Part shown: positions 7,907-16,552 of the stretch, piece by piece
Layout: each line of letters opens with the position of its first letter
Numbering within the stretch: position 1 is the first letter of the stretch
NCBI GenBank assembly: GCA_030157865.1
Contig: JAOATY010000038.1
Location: 52,393-116,392, forward strand
Source: Candidatus Nanopelagicales bacterium
GTDB lineage: Bacteria > Actinomycetota > Actinomycetes > S36-B12 > UBA5976
Direction of reading: 5' to 3'
Length of the DNA stretch: 64,000 bases
Position numbers and translations under genes: made by a program
Notes under the pieces: model-generated
Database searches by the model: none
Told to the model about the DNA's origin: nothing
The model's input: only the letters and a program-made list of their open reading frames with translations

Positions 7907-9130
7907 TTAAAACGAGTCCATAATATGGCGATTTCCACGATCAAAGGTCAAGTAGTTCCAAGTCCAGTCGGCCATAGTGCCAATCTTGTTTCGGCCACCA
8001 AGGATGTAAAACAGGTGAAGCCAGAGCCAAGCAAGCCAGGCAATCGGTCCAGAGATTCGAATGCCCTTAACTTCAACAATTGCTTTATGGCGACCAATAG
8101 TTGCCATCGAACCTTTGTCTTTGTATTTAAAGTTCTCTAATGCCTTACCTAAATTCAATGCCTGAATTTGTTTTGCAAGGAATCTGCCTTGCTGCATTGC
8201 AACTGGAGCAACCATCGGAAGCGGAACACCGTTAGCTCCAACTGCGCCGGCAATATCTCCGATAGCCCAAACGTTTTCATAACCAGTTACTTGAAGTGTG
8301 CTCGAAACATCGATACGACCTCGCGTAATTGGAAGGTGCAAGAGATCCATGGCAGGAACGCCCTTTACGCCGGCTGCCCAAACAGTTGTGTTTGCGGGAA
8401 TCGAGTTTCCATCAAGAGTGAGGATCGAATCAGGCAAGACTTCTTTAACGGATGTGTTGGTAAGAACTTTCACGCCGAGTTTTTCTAAATCTTTTTGAGT
8501 CTTGTTTGAAAGTGATTCAGAAAATGATGGAACCAATCTTGGGCCAGCTTCAATAATCGATACCCGAACTCGGTCGGCTGCATCTGCGTAATCTGAGCGA
8601 AGTGGACCTCTCACGAGTTCAGCAAAGGCACCTGCCATCTCTACGCCAGTCGGTCCGCCACCAACAATGGCGATGTCAAGTTCATCTTTATTTCCTTGGA
8701 TGCACATCTCTTCATAGGAGCGCATAACTTCAGAACGAATAGTTAGTGCTTCGCCAACTGTTTTCATACCTAGGGCATTTTCTTTAACGCCCGCGATTCC
8801 AAAGTCAGCTGTGGTTGAACCCATTGCAATGACTAGGTGGTCATACTTAACGACTTCGCCATCAGCCAGAATGAGTTCGTTTGCTGAAGCGTTTAGGTTC
8901 TTTGGGGTGCCCATGCGGAACTGAACATCGGTTTTACGCAATGCGCCACGAATTGGATACGCAACATGGTCAGCCGCTAAACCTGCTGTTGAAACTTGAT
9001 ACAAAAGTGGCAAGAAAGTTTGAAAGTTGTGGCGATCAATCAATGTAACTTGCGCATGCTTAGAAAGCGCTCGGGCTGCAGTGAGTCCACCAAAACCGGC
9101 ACCAAGAATTACTACTTTGGGTGTTGCCAT
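7907..9130 (-). CDS. ndh: Type II NADH:quinone oxidoreductase (NDH-2)
   Basis: 407 aa with two dinucleotide folds, VVILGAGFGGL and IVGGGPTGVEMAG, plus a C-terminal amphipathic tail. This is the typical Ndh architecture. Confidence 0.88.
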   Translation of the reverse strand: MATPKVVILGAGFGGLTAARALSKHAQVTLIDRHNFQTFLPLLYQVSTAGLAADHVAYPIRGALRKTDVQFRMGTPKNLNASANELILADGEVVKYDHLVIAMGSTTADFGIAGVKENALGMKTVGEALTIRSEVMRSYEEMCIQGNKDELDIAIVGGGPTGVEMAGAFAELVRGPLRSDYADAADRVRVSIIEAGPRLVPSFSESLSNKTQKDLEKLGVKVLTNTSVKEVLPDSILTLDGNSIPANTTVWAAGVKGVPAMDLLHLPITRGRIDVSSTLQVTGYENVWAIGDIAGAVGANGVPLPMVAPVAMQQGRFLAKQIQALNLGKALENFKYKDKGSMATIGRHKAIVEVKGIRISGPIAWLAWLWLHLFYILGGRNKIGTMADWTWNYLTFDRGNRHIMDSF

Positions 9131-9166
9131 GTTTACCTCGATCCCCGAGAGGCTAGAACGCTAAGA

Positions 9167-9952
9167 CTAGTCCCCAAAACCAGGTCGTGGCACCGAACTC
9201 ATTAATGTCTGGCTAAATCCGCCATCTGCGACCAGATCTGCACCCGTTATGTAACGGGCACGATCACTTGCCAAGAACGTAACGATGTCAGCAATATCAT
9301 CCGGCTTAGCTACTCGCCCAACTGGAACGGCCGCATCGCGACGCTGGGCAACGTCTCCTACTTGGTAATAAGCCTCTGTCATCGGAGTGCGAACTAAACC
9401 TGGACTAACGGTATTACTGCGAACACCCTTTGGGCCAAGTTCAAACGCTAGTTGTTTAGACATGATTACTACGCCTGCTTTACTGACACTGTATGCACCG
9501 CTAGATCCCTGTGGGTTAGTACTGGAAATCGAAGCAACGTGGATCATTGCGCCATTTCCAGAAGCGACAAGGTGCGGAGTAAAGCTGCGGGCCATCAAGA
9601 AGTAGCCGGTCAGATTAACTCCTAACAAGTCGTTCCATTCGACAGTTGTTAAGTCAGCCAATGCACCCGGTCGGACTAAACCGGCTGCGTTAACCAAAAT
9701 GTCACAGTTCTTAATTGAGGTTGCAACAGAATTAATAGCTGCTTCATCGGTTACGTCACATACATATCCGCTCGCACTGCCACCACTTGCTTTAATTTCA
9801 GCGACAGTTGCATCAACTAATTCACTTGCCCTGTCCAGGACATTGCAATGCACGCCATTTACCGATAGTTCGAGTGCAATGGCTTTACCTATGCCACCAC
9901 CAGCTCCAGTGATAACAGCGGTACGACCCGAAAGCCCTAACCAGTCACTCAT
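9167..9952 (-). CDS. SDR-family oxidoreductase
   Basis: TGAGGGIGKA cofactor motif, NAAG, and catalytic YSVSKAG (YxxxK). Confidence 0.88.
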   Translation of the reverse strand: MSDWLGLSGRTAVITGAGGGIGKAIALELSVNGVHCNVLDRASELVDATVAEIKASGGSASGYVCDVTDEAAINSVATSIKNCDILVNAAGLVRPGALADLTTVEWNDLLGVNLTGYFLMARSFTPHLVASGNGAMIHVASISSTNPQGSSGAYSVSKAGVVIMSKQLAFELGPKGVRSNTVSPGLVRTPMTEAYYQVGDVAQRRDAAVPVGRVAKPDDIADIVTFLASDRARYITGADLVADGGFSQTLMSSVPRPGFGD

Positions 9953-11235
9953 GACGAAATGGTTTCCGGCTTAACTTCGGCCATGATGCTCAGCGCTGTT
10001 TTTGTGTGCTCAACTTGATCGAGCCAAATTGGCCGCAAGATGTCAATGCGCCACTCCTTTTCTTGCAGCTTTTCAAGCGGTCCAGCAATACTTCGGTATC
10101 CGCCAGCTTGTTCATGGAGGCGAACCATTTCAAGGGCAATCTTTGCCTGAATCAAATAGATAGGTGGTTGTGGTCCACGTGCGCCGATCATTCCAATTAA
10201 GTAAAACTTCTCAAGACCCAGTGGAACGATTGCTGCTCCAACCCGAAGTGGGACACCTTCTTGTCTTTCCAGATACTCCTCAGACAAGAACGGAAGCGAA
10301 GCATGGAAGCCAGTTGCGTACAAAATAGTGTCGTACTCTTTCGAAGTTCCGTCACTGAAGTGCACAGTCTTGCCTTCGAATCTTTCAATTCCTGGCTTTA
10401 CAGCGATGCGGCCATGATGGATCCAATAGAGCAGTAGCTGATTCACTACCGGTGGGCCATCGGCCAAAGTTCGATGATCTGGTGCTGGCATACCTGGGTA
10501 GTTCTCATGGGTACCAACAGATAACCGAATCATCAATCGAGCAATCAGATCTTGTTCTTCAAAAGTGAATTCCTGCATCCAGCCAAGCTCGGCACGAGGC
10601 ACACCAAAGAAAGTTTTAGGTTGGAAGAAGTGGCCACGACGAATCACGATGTCAGTCTCGAAATGATTTTGCGCGGCATCAACAGCCAAGTCACAGCCTG
10701 AGTTACCAGAACCGATAACTAAAACGCGTGTGCCGTCGATATCTTTAGTGTTTGTGTAGCTTCCGGAGTGAACTGTCTTGCCCGTAAATTCACCTGGGAA
10801 TTCTGGTCGCTTTTCATCCCACAAGTGACCGTTGGCTACGAATACACCGTCGTAGTTATTGGTCTTGCCATCACTAGTAGTTACGCTCCAACCGGCTGAC
10901 CCGGTCGGTCCATCAGTTGGCAATGGTTCTACTCGATCAACCGAAACACCAAACGATACATGCTTTTTTAAATCAAACTCTTCAGCAAAGTCTTCGAAGT
11001 ACTTAAGCATCAATTTGCGACTTGGGAAGACCGGCCAATCTTCTGGCATTGGGTGTCCGTCATAACCAGTTACTTTGCTCGATGTAATTAGGTGCAATGC
11101 TTCGTAGTCTGTGTTCCAGTGTCCACCTACGGCCTGAGTGCGCTCGAAGCAATCAAACTCAAGGCCGGCATCAACCAAGGTTTTCATGGATGCCAAGCCG
11201 GCTGGTCCAGCGCCAATCACACAGTACTTACTCAT
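9949..11235 (-). CDS. Class B flavin-containing monooxygenase (FMO-like)
   Basis: GAGPAGL (FAD), GSGNSGCD (NADPH) and the FMO signature FTGKTVHSGSY (FxGxxxHxxxY). 4-nt overlaps with both neighbours. Confidence 0.82.
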   Translation of the reverse strand: MSKYCVIGAGPAGLASMKTLVDAGLEFDCFERTQAVGGHWNTDYEALHLITSSKVTGYDGHPMPEDWPVFPSRKLMLKYFEDFAEEFDLKKHVSFGVSVDRVEPLPTDGPTGSAGWSVTTSDGKTNNYDGVFVANGHLWDEKRPEFPGEFTGKTVHSGSYTNTKDIDGTRVLVIGSGNSGCDLAVDAAQNHFETDIVIRRGHFFQPKTFFGVPRAELGWMQEFTFEEQDLIARLMIRLSVGTHENYPGMPAPDHRTLADGPPVVNQLLLYWIHHGRIAVKPGIERFEGKTVHFSDGTSKEYDTILYATGFHASLPFLSEEYLERQEGVPLRVGAAIVPLGLEKFYLIGMIGARGPQPPIYLIQAKIALEMVRLHEQAGGYRSIAGPLEKLQEKEWRIDILRPIWLDQVEHTKTALSIMAEVKPETISS

Positions 11236-11963
11236 CGCACATTCTCCATTTCGAATAAGTTATTCATTAAAGGTCTTTCGAATAGTTCATTAACTTCAAC
11301 TTCACTAAACGGCTTCATAAACTCCCGAACTGAGGTTTGAATATGGCCATTCCAGATTTCAATCGCTTGGCTGGCGTTTCCTACTTTTATTGCCTTGAGC
11401 AACTTTTCATGTCTTGAAATCAACGCTTTATGATCTGAGTCGTCGTATTTAATTCCCAAGAATCGCACAAAGACACCAATGTCTACTGCAGTCTGCTCAA
11501 ACATTTCGGTAATCCGGGGCAGGGCGCCCAAGGCAATTAGAGCTGACTGAAAATCTAAATCGAGTGAAATCATACGATTTGCATTTCCGCCCACAGCAGT
11601 CCGCATTGCTTCCAATTTCTTGGTGACTTTTCCCAGATCCAGTTCGGATTCCAAACTCAATTGAGATGCATGCGTTACCGCGATCGAACCCATTGACATT
11701 CGCATCGCATAAACCTCAAGTACGTCATCAAAATTCGGCGCCGAAACGATGGCACCGCGATTTTTTCGAAGCTCCACTAAACCTTCAGTTGCCAAAATTC
11801 TTATGGCTTCGCGAATTGGACCACGCGAAGTTTTGAAAGATTCTGATAGCTCTTGTTCGATTAACCGATCTCCAGGGTGAAGTTTGCCCACCAGAATCGC
11901 ATCTCGGATTTGTTCAGCAAGGAGCTCTGCTGTGCTCTGGCTTTCTAAGGCTTGAAATGTCAT
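11232..11963 (-). CDS. GntR-family transcriptional regulator (FadR/FCD subfamily)
   Basis: N-terminal winged HTH ...LIEQELSESFKTSRGPIREAIRILATEGLVE plus a ~150-aa all-helical C-terminal domain. Confidence 0.88.
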   Translation of the reverse strand: MTFQALESQSTAELLAEQIRDAILVGKLHPGDRLIEQELSESFKTSRGPIREAIRILATEGLVELRKNRGAIVSAPNFDDVLEVYAMRMSMGSIAVTHASQLSLESELDLGKVTKKLEAMRTAVGGNANRMISLDLDFQSALIALGALPRITEMFEQTAVDIGVFVRFLGIKYDDSDHKALISRHEKLLKAIKVGNASQAIEIWNGHIQTSVREFMKPFSEVEVNELFERPLMNNLFEMENVR

Positions 11964-12661
11964 CTCATTACATCCGCGCCAGAAATCACGATGGTTTCTC
12001 CATCTACGAACCCAGCTTTAGTTGGATCGGAAAGCAACCACACCCACTCAGCAATTTCTGATGGCTGAGCTACGCGACCAACTGGAATTGATTTTGCAGC
12101 CTCTTCCATGCGACCTGTTGCGGCATTGCCTGGTGTAGCTACCCAGCCAGGTGCGATTCCGTTAACGCGAATACCTTTTGGTGCCAGTTCAAGTGCAAGA
12201 GATTTAGTGATCATGATGACTGCTGACTTTGAAGCGCCATATAGAAGTTGGCCACGCGAAACTGTAAAACCATCAACCGATGCGAAATTAACTACTGCAG
12301 ATCCAGGTTTCATGTGAGGAACACAGGCTGCAGTGACATTCAAGACCCCCAGCACATTTACATCAAAAATGAAGCGGAAGTTTTCTTCAGTAAATGTTTC
12401 AAGTGTTGTTGGTGGAAAAACACCCGCAACGTTTGCCACGGCATCGATGTTCCCACCAGCAGCTTTAACGGCTGAAGCTAAAGCGGCTTCGAGTGATTCT
12501 CGGTTTCGCACATCGGCCTTAACCCAATGCAAGTTTGCAGATTCAATTCCAGGGTTATCGGAAACATCGACGGCTATCACTTGCCAGTCCCGCTCGAGGT
12601 ACAGCTCAGCGGTAGCTCGACCCATTCCACTGCCAGCACCTGTTATCACTGCTGTTCCCAT
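11960..12661 (-). CDS. SDR-family oxidoreductase
   Basis: TGAGSGMGRA and YGASKSA (YxxxK). It is the first gene of the 4-gene overlapping operon. Confidence 0.88.
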   Translation of the reverse strand: MGTAVITGAGSGMGRATAELYLERDWQVIAVDVSDNPGIESANLHWVKADVRNRESLEAALASAVKAAGGNIDAVANVAGVFPPTTLETFTEENFRFIFDVNVLGVLNVTAACVPHMKPGSAVVNFASVDGFTVSRGQLLYGASKSAVIMITKSLALELAPKGIRVNGIAPGWVATPGNAATGRMEEAAKSIPVGRVAQPSEIAEWVWLLSDPTKAGFVDGETIVISGADVMR

Positions 12662-12673
12662 GAATACTCCTAA

Positions 12674-12702
12674 ATTGTCAACAATCTACAATTCTGAACA
12701 AT
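12674..12702 (-). promoter_or_regulatory. Candidate GntR operator: palindrome ATTGT-CA-ACAAT plus two further ACAAT repeats
   Basis: attgtcaacaat lies at 12674-12685. ACAAT recurs at 12688-12692 and 12698-12702. The site is just upstream of the RBS of the SDR-GntR-FMO-SDR operon. Confidence 0.35.
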
Positions 12703-12827
12703 ACGCAGACTCCGCTCATGGGTCAAGGCCTTTCGGAAAATCTTTAGATCTGGCAGCCACCTCAACCAAACTGATTTATTCAGCCCAGTAAAGTGGGGTG
12801 AAATATCCAGTTTCTAGTGAGGTAAAA

Positions 12828-13319
12828 ATGGCTGATTCCAGTATGGACATTGTGAGCAAAGTAGATCGTCAGGAAGCCGACAATGCCCTCGGCCAGGCTG
12901 CCAAAGAACTTGCTACTCGCTTTGACTTCAAAGGAACTGAAACCACTATTGAGTGGAAAGGTGAACTTGGTGTTGAGATCAGTTCCAGCACGGAAGATCG
13001 CGCCAAGGCTGCGCTCGAAGTTTTCCGGGAAAAACTAATCAAACGTGGCGTCAGCCTGAAGTCATTTAATGCTGGTGATCCCCGGGTATCTGGCAAAGAT
13101 TACAAAATTAATGGCGAGTTCAAGGCTGGTATCAGCCAAGAGCAAGCTAAAAAGATTGGCAAAATCATTCGTGATGAAGGCCCAAAGAATGTCAAGACTC
13201 AGGTTCAAGGTGAAGAACTTCGCGTAACTGGCAAGAGTCGCGATGATTTACAGGCTGTTCAACAATTGCTTAGTGAATCTGATCTAGATTTCGCAGTTCA
13301 ATACACGAACTATCGCTAA
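12828..13319 (+). CDS. yajQ: YajQ-family nucleotide-binding protein (UPF0234)
   Basis: [36 protein letters not shown]... is 163 aa. The GAGG RBS before the ATG at 12828 favours this start over the track start at 12798. Confidence 0.85.
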   Translation: MADSSMDIVSKVDRQEADNALGQAAKELATRFDFKGTETTIEWKGELGVEISSSTEDRAKAALEVFREKLIKRGVSLKSFNAGDPRVSGKDYKINGEFKAGISQEQAKKIGKIIRDEGPKNVKTQVQGEELRVTGKSRDDLQAVQQLLSESDLDFAVQYTNYR

Positions 13320-13724
13320 TTACTTTTTGCGACGACCACTTGGTGGTTCGTCTATCTGAGGTGCCGGCGAACCGTCACTTCTTCTTGCACTAGGCAATGA
13401 CGCTGCCAAGGCTTCAATTCCATAAATCAATTCTCCGCGGCCTTGCCCAGCTGGCATTGGTGAGTCCGACCAGAACAATGCATCGAACGGGCAAACATCA
13501 ATGCAGATGCCACACCACATGCATTGACCAAAATCGATTGTGAATTGGTCAAGAACATTTTTCGTCGCTTGCCTACGAGAATTACTGTAAGCCGGCGCAT
13601 CTGGATCTGGCTCAGAGTGTGCTTGAACCGTGATGCACCAGTCTGGACATTCGCGAACACACAGCATGCAAGAAGTACATGAAGATGGATGTAGTGCAAT
13701 TGTTGAATGGTTCATGCTGTCCAC
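13320..13724 (-). CDS. NuoI-like 2x[4Fe-4S] ferredoxin-domain protein (short paralogue)
   Basis: [12 protein letters not shown] and [12 protein letters not shown] motifs, spaced as in NuoI/MbhN. 134 aa, versus 183 aa for the canonical NuoI at 22538-23089. Confidence 0.75.
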   Translation of the reverse strand: MDSMNHSTIALHPSSCTSCMLCVRECPDWCITVQAHSEPDPDAPAYSNSRRQATKNVLDQFTIDFGQCMWCGICIDVCPFDALFWSDSPMPAGQGRGELIYGIEALAASLPSARRSDGSPAPQIDEPPSGRRKK

Positions 13725-14161
13725 TCCGGTAATACTCCCGGCGGGAGCGATGGTCGACGCTTTGCATTTTCATCAGGTTCAACGGCTCCAGGCCAATCCG
13801 CACCAGCCCTGGTAGCAAGCGCAAAATCTCGGCGAAGCGGATGGCCAGGAAGCTCAATTTCAAAGGCTGGGGACTCGTCTTTGCTTCCGTTGAACTTTAC
13901 GCCAAACATTTGAGAAACTTCGCGTTCATGAAAACTAACGTTTGGAAATACACCAACAAGTGAATCAATTGCGGAATCAATATCTGTACTCAAAATTGTG
14001 CTCTCCGATAAGTCTTCCTTTGAAAGCATTAGCGAAATCTCGAAAGCATCTCCCCCATTGTGAGTTGCCGTCAACCATTCACATCTGACAAAGCCACTTT
14101 GCTTCATTTGCGAAGCCTGACTTAACCAATCGGATTCATTAACTTTTACTTGAGTTGTCAT
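13712..14161 (-). CDS. NuoC-like (30-kDa subunit family) protein (short paralogue)
   Basis: [21 protein letters not shown] and GHPLRRDF align to [17 protein letters not shown] and GHPQRKDY of the canonical NuoC. 149 aa. Confidence 0.7.
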   Translation of the reverse strand: MTTQVKVNESDWLSQASQMKQSGFVRCEWLTATHNGGDAFEISLMLSKEDLSESTILSTDIDSAIDSLVGVFPNVSFHEREVSQMFGVKFNGSKDESPAFEIELPGHPLRRDFALATRAGADWPGAVEPDENAKRRPSLPPGVLPEWTA

Positions 14162-14541
14162 GTCGAAGCCAACTCCACTGCCTGCATTAGCGCTGCTGCT
14201 AACTCCTCAGGTCCAGGCGGACAGCCAGGAACTTGTATGTCAACTGGAATCAACTCGTGAGCACCAGAAATCACCGAATAGGAATCCCAGTACGGTCCAC
14301 CAGATATTGCACATGCCCCAAATGCCACGACCACTTTTGGTTCCTGCAGAGCGTCGTATGCAGATTTCACGGTTGGGACAAGGGCGTGAGTCACAGTTCC
14401 AGCAATAACCAGAATGTGCTGAGCCGCACTTAATTTTGATACCGATGTTGTTTGCTGCCAGGCATCGGCAACTAAATCAACTGAGCTTGATTCCACACCA
14501 CAACAAGCCAAACCGGCCTGTAACACAGAAACATTGCTCAC
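14158..14541 (-). CDS. NuoB-like (20-kDa/PSST family) [4Fe-4S] protein (short paralogue)
   Basis: GLACCGVE, FGACAISGGPYW and VPGCPPGPEE align to [19 protein letters not shown] and LPGCPPRPE of the canonical NuoB. All four cluster-N2 cysteines are retained. 127 aa. Confidence 0.78.
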   Translation of the reverse strand: MSNVSVLQAGLACCGVESSSVDLVADAWQQTTSVSKLSAAQHILVIAGTVTHALVPTVKSAYDALQEPKVVVAFGACAISGGPYWDSYSVISGAHELIPVDIQVPGCPPGPEELAAALMQAVELAST

Positions 14542-14550
14542 AGTATGACT

Positions 14551-15483
14551 CTAGTCAGGATCTGGCACGAAAGACTTACTGACATTTCGACGATTGCGTA
14601 ACGCATCGAAAGTAAGAATCACTAGCGCCACCCAAGTGATAGCAAAGCCAATAAATCGCTCCCGTGGCATCGCTTCTTGAGTAAGCCAAACTCCAACGAA
14701 GAACTGGATGGTTGGACCGATGTATTGCAACATTCCAAGAGTCGTTAATGGCAATCGGGTAATTGCCACGCCAAATGCTAGAAGTGGGATAGCGGTAACT
14801 ACACCGGCACTAGCCATCCAAAGTGTGTGGTCTAGACCATAAGCCAGGAAGGTATTTCCACCATTAAATTGCAACCAGATCAGGTAGCCGATAGCCACCG
14901 GAGTCAGAATCAGGGTTTCAATCATCAGGCTTTCTAGAGACTGCACGTTAGCAAGCTTCTTTACATACCCATACATTGCAAACGAAGTCGCCAAGGAAAG
15001 GGCAACCCATGGCAAAACACCCAGCGCAATAGTGATGAACAAAACCGCAAATGCCGCAATGCCAATTGCCAGCCACTGCATCGGGCGAAGTCTTTCCTTG
15101 AAGAAAAACACACCAAGTGCAACATTAAGTAGTGGAGTTATGTAATAACCAAGAGATGAATCTAGGACGTGCCCATTCATACTCGCCCAAATGAATAGAC
15201 CCCAGTTAAATCCAATCAATACCGCGGCAACGGTTAGAAGCTTCATTTGTCGTGCATTTTTCATCACAACTTTGAGCGAAACAATTCGCTTTTGGTAAAT
15301 CAAGATTGCGGCTACAAATAGCAAGCTCCACAAAATCCGATGTGCCAGAATTTCGAGTGGTTTTGCAGGCGCCAGGTAAGGCCAATAGAGAATTACAGCG
15401 CCCCAGATTATGTAGGCGATAAAGCCGTTGATCAAACCAATGGAATGCTCGGAGCGCTTTTCTTTCTCAACCTGCATACTCAT
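14551..15483 (-). CDS. rarD: EamA/RarD-family permease
   Basis: 310 aa and ~10 TM segments. The N-terminal GLINGFIAYIIWG...YW is typical of RarD. Confidence 0.75.
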   Translation of the reverse strand: MSMQVEKEKRSEHSIGLINGFIAYIIWGAVILYWPYLAPAKPLEILAHRILWSLLFVAAILIYQKRIVSLKVVMKNARQMKLLTVAAVLIGFNWGLFIWASMNGHVLDSSLGYYITPLLNVALGVFFFKERLRPMQWLAIGIAAFAVLFITIALGVLPWVALSLATSFAMYGYVKKLANVQSLESLMIETLILTPVAIGYLIWLQFNGGNTFLAYGLDHTLWMASAGVVTAIPLLAFGVAITRLPLTTLGMLQYIGPTIQFFVGVWLTQEAMPRERFIGFAITWVALVILTFDALRNRRNVSKSFVPDPD

Positions 15484-15531
15484 GATGACTCAAAACTATT
15501 GCATCAGAGATTTGGTTCTAACTTAGGGTGA

Positions 15532-16509
15532 CTAAACGGTGCGGTAAGCGACGCTATCGACAAGTGTGACCATGGCAGATTTGGCATCGCAATCTGGCAA
15601 GGCGGTTAGGCGTTCTCGGGCGCGATCTGCCCACTGTTCAAGAACTTCACGTGCCTGATCCATCGCAGGATGAACGCGAAGTGCTGCTAATGCTTCAGCA
15701 TGCTCCGCATCGTCTGTAATTGCGCGGCTAAGCAGCTCGCGCAGTCTCGGTGGTGTGTCCGGATCGGCTAGTGCAAATAACACTGGCAAAGTACGGATGC
15801 CTTCGCGCAAATCTTTACCTGGTGTTTTACCAGAAACTTCAGATTCAATATCTAGCAAGTCATCACTCAACTGGAATGCGATACCAATGCTTTCGCCAAA
15901 ATCTGCGATTCGATCAGTAAGTTCTGGTGACACTCCACTCATCATTGCGCCATATCTTCCAGCGGCTGCGATTAATGAACCGGTCTTGTCGGCAAGAACT
16001 TCTAAGTGATGAACGATTGGATCTTCGTCACCTTGTGGTCCAACGCTTTCGCGTAGTTGACCAATAACAAGTCGTTCAAAAGTTTCAGCTTGTACGCGAA
16101 CTGCTTCTGGACCTAAATCCGCAAGCAACTTTGAAGACCTAGCGAATAAAAAGTCACCGCTCAAAATCGCGACAGTATTTCCCCATCGGCTATTTGCAGA
16201 CTCTGCGCCACGTCGCACTTCGGCTTCATCCATAACGTCATCGTGATACAGCGTTGCTAGATGAGTAAGTTCTACAACCACAGCCGAAGGAACTACGCCT
16301 TCGGACTTAGGATCGCCAAAGTGCGAAGCAAGTAAAACGAGTAATGGGCGGAATCGCTTGCCACCGGCTTCAACTAAATGTCGCGCAGTGATGTCCGCAA
16401 GTTCGTAGTCGCTTTTGATTTCTTCCCGAAGGCGATCTTCAATCGCGGCAAGGCCAGCAAACATCTCGTCTTCGAGTGCTGCTAGCTCTTCTGGGAATAA
16501 AACGCTCAC
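15532..16509 (-). CDS. Polyprenyl diphosphate synthase (long-chain, menaquinone side chain, GrcC1/HepT-like)
   Basis: First and second aspartate-rich motifs LYHDDVMDEA and FQLSDDLLD. It lies directly downstream of nuoN. Confidence 0.88.
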   Translation of the reverse strand: MSVLFPEELAALEDEMFAGLAAIEDRLREEIKSDYELADITARHLVEAGGKRFRPLLVLLASHFGDPKSEGVVPSAVVVELTHLATLYHDDVMDEAEVRRGAESANSRWGNTVAILSGDFLFARSSKLLADLGPEAVRVQAETFERLVIGQLRESVGPQGDEDPIVHHLEVLADKTGSLIAAAGRYGAMMSGVSPELTDRIADFGESIGIAFQLSDDLLDIESEVSGKTPGKDLREGIRTLPVLFALADPDTPPRLRELLSRAITDDAEHAEALAALRVHPAMDQAREVLEQWADRARERLTALPDCDAKSAMVTLVDSVAYRTV

Positions 16510-16552
16510 GACTCAATCTTTGCATTTTGCAGGCAAAGTTGCGACTTGAGAA

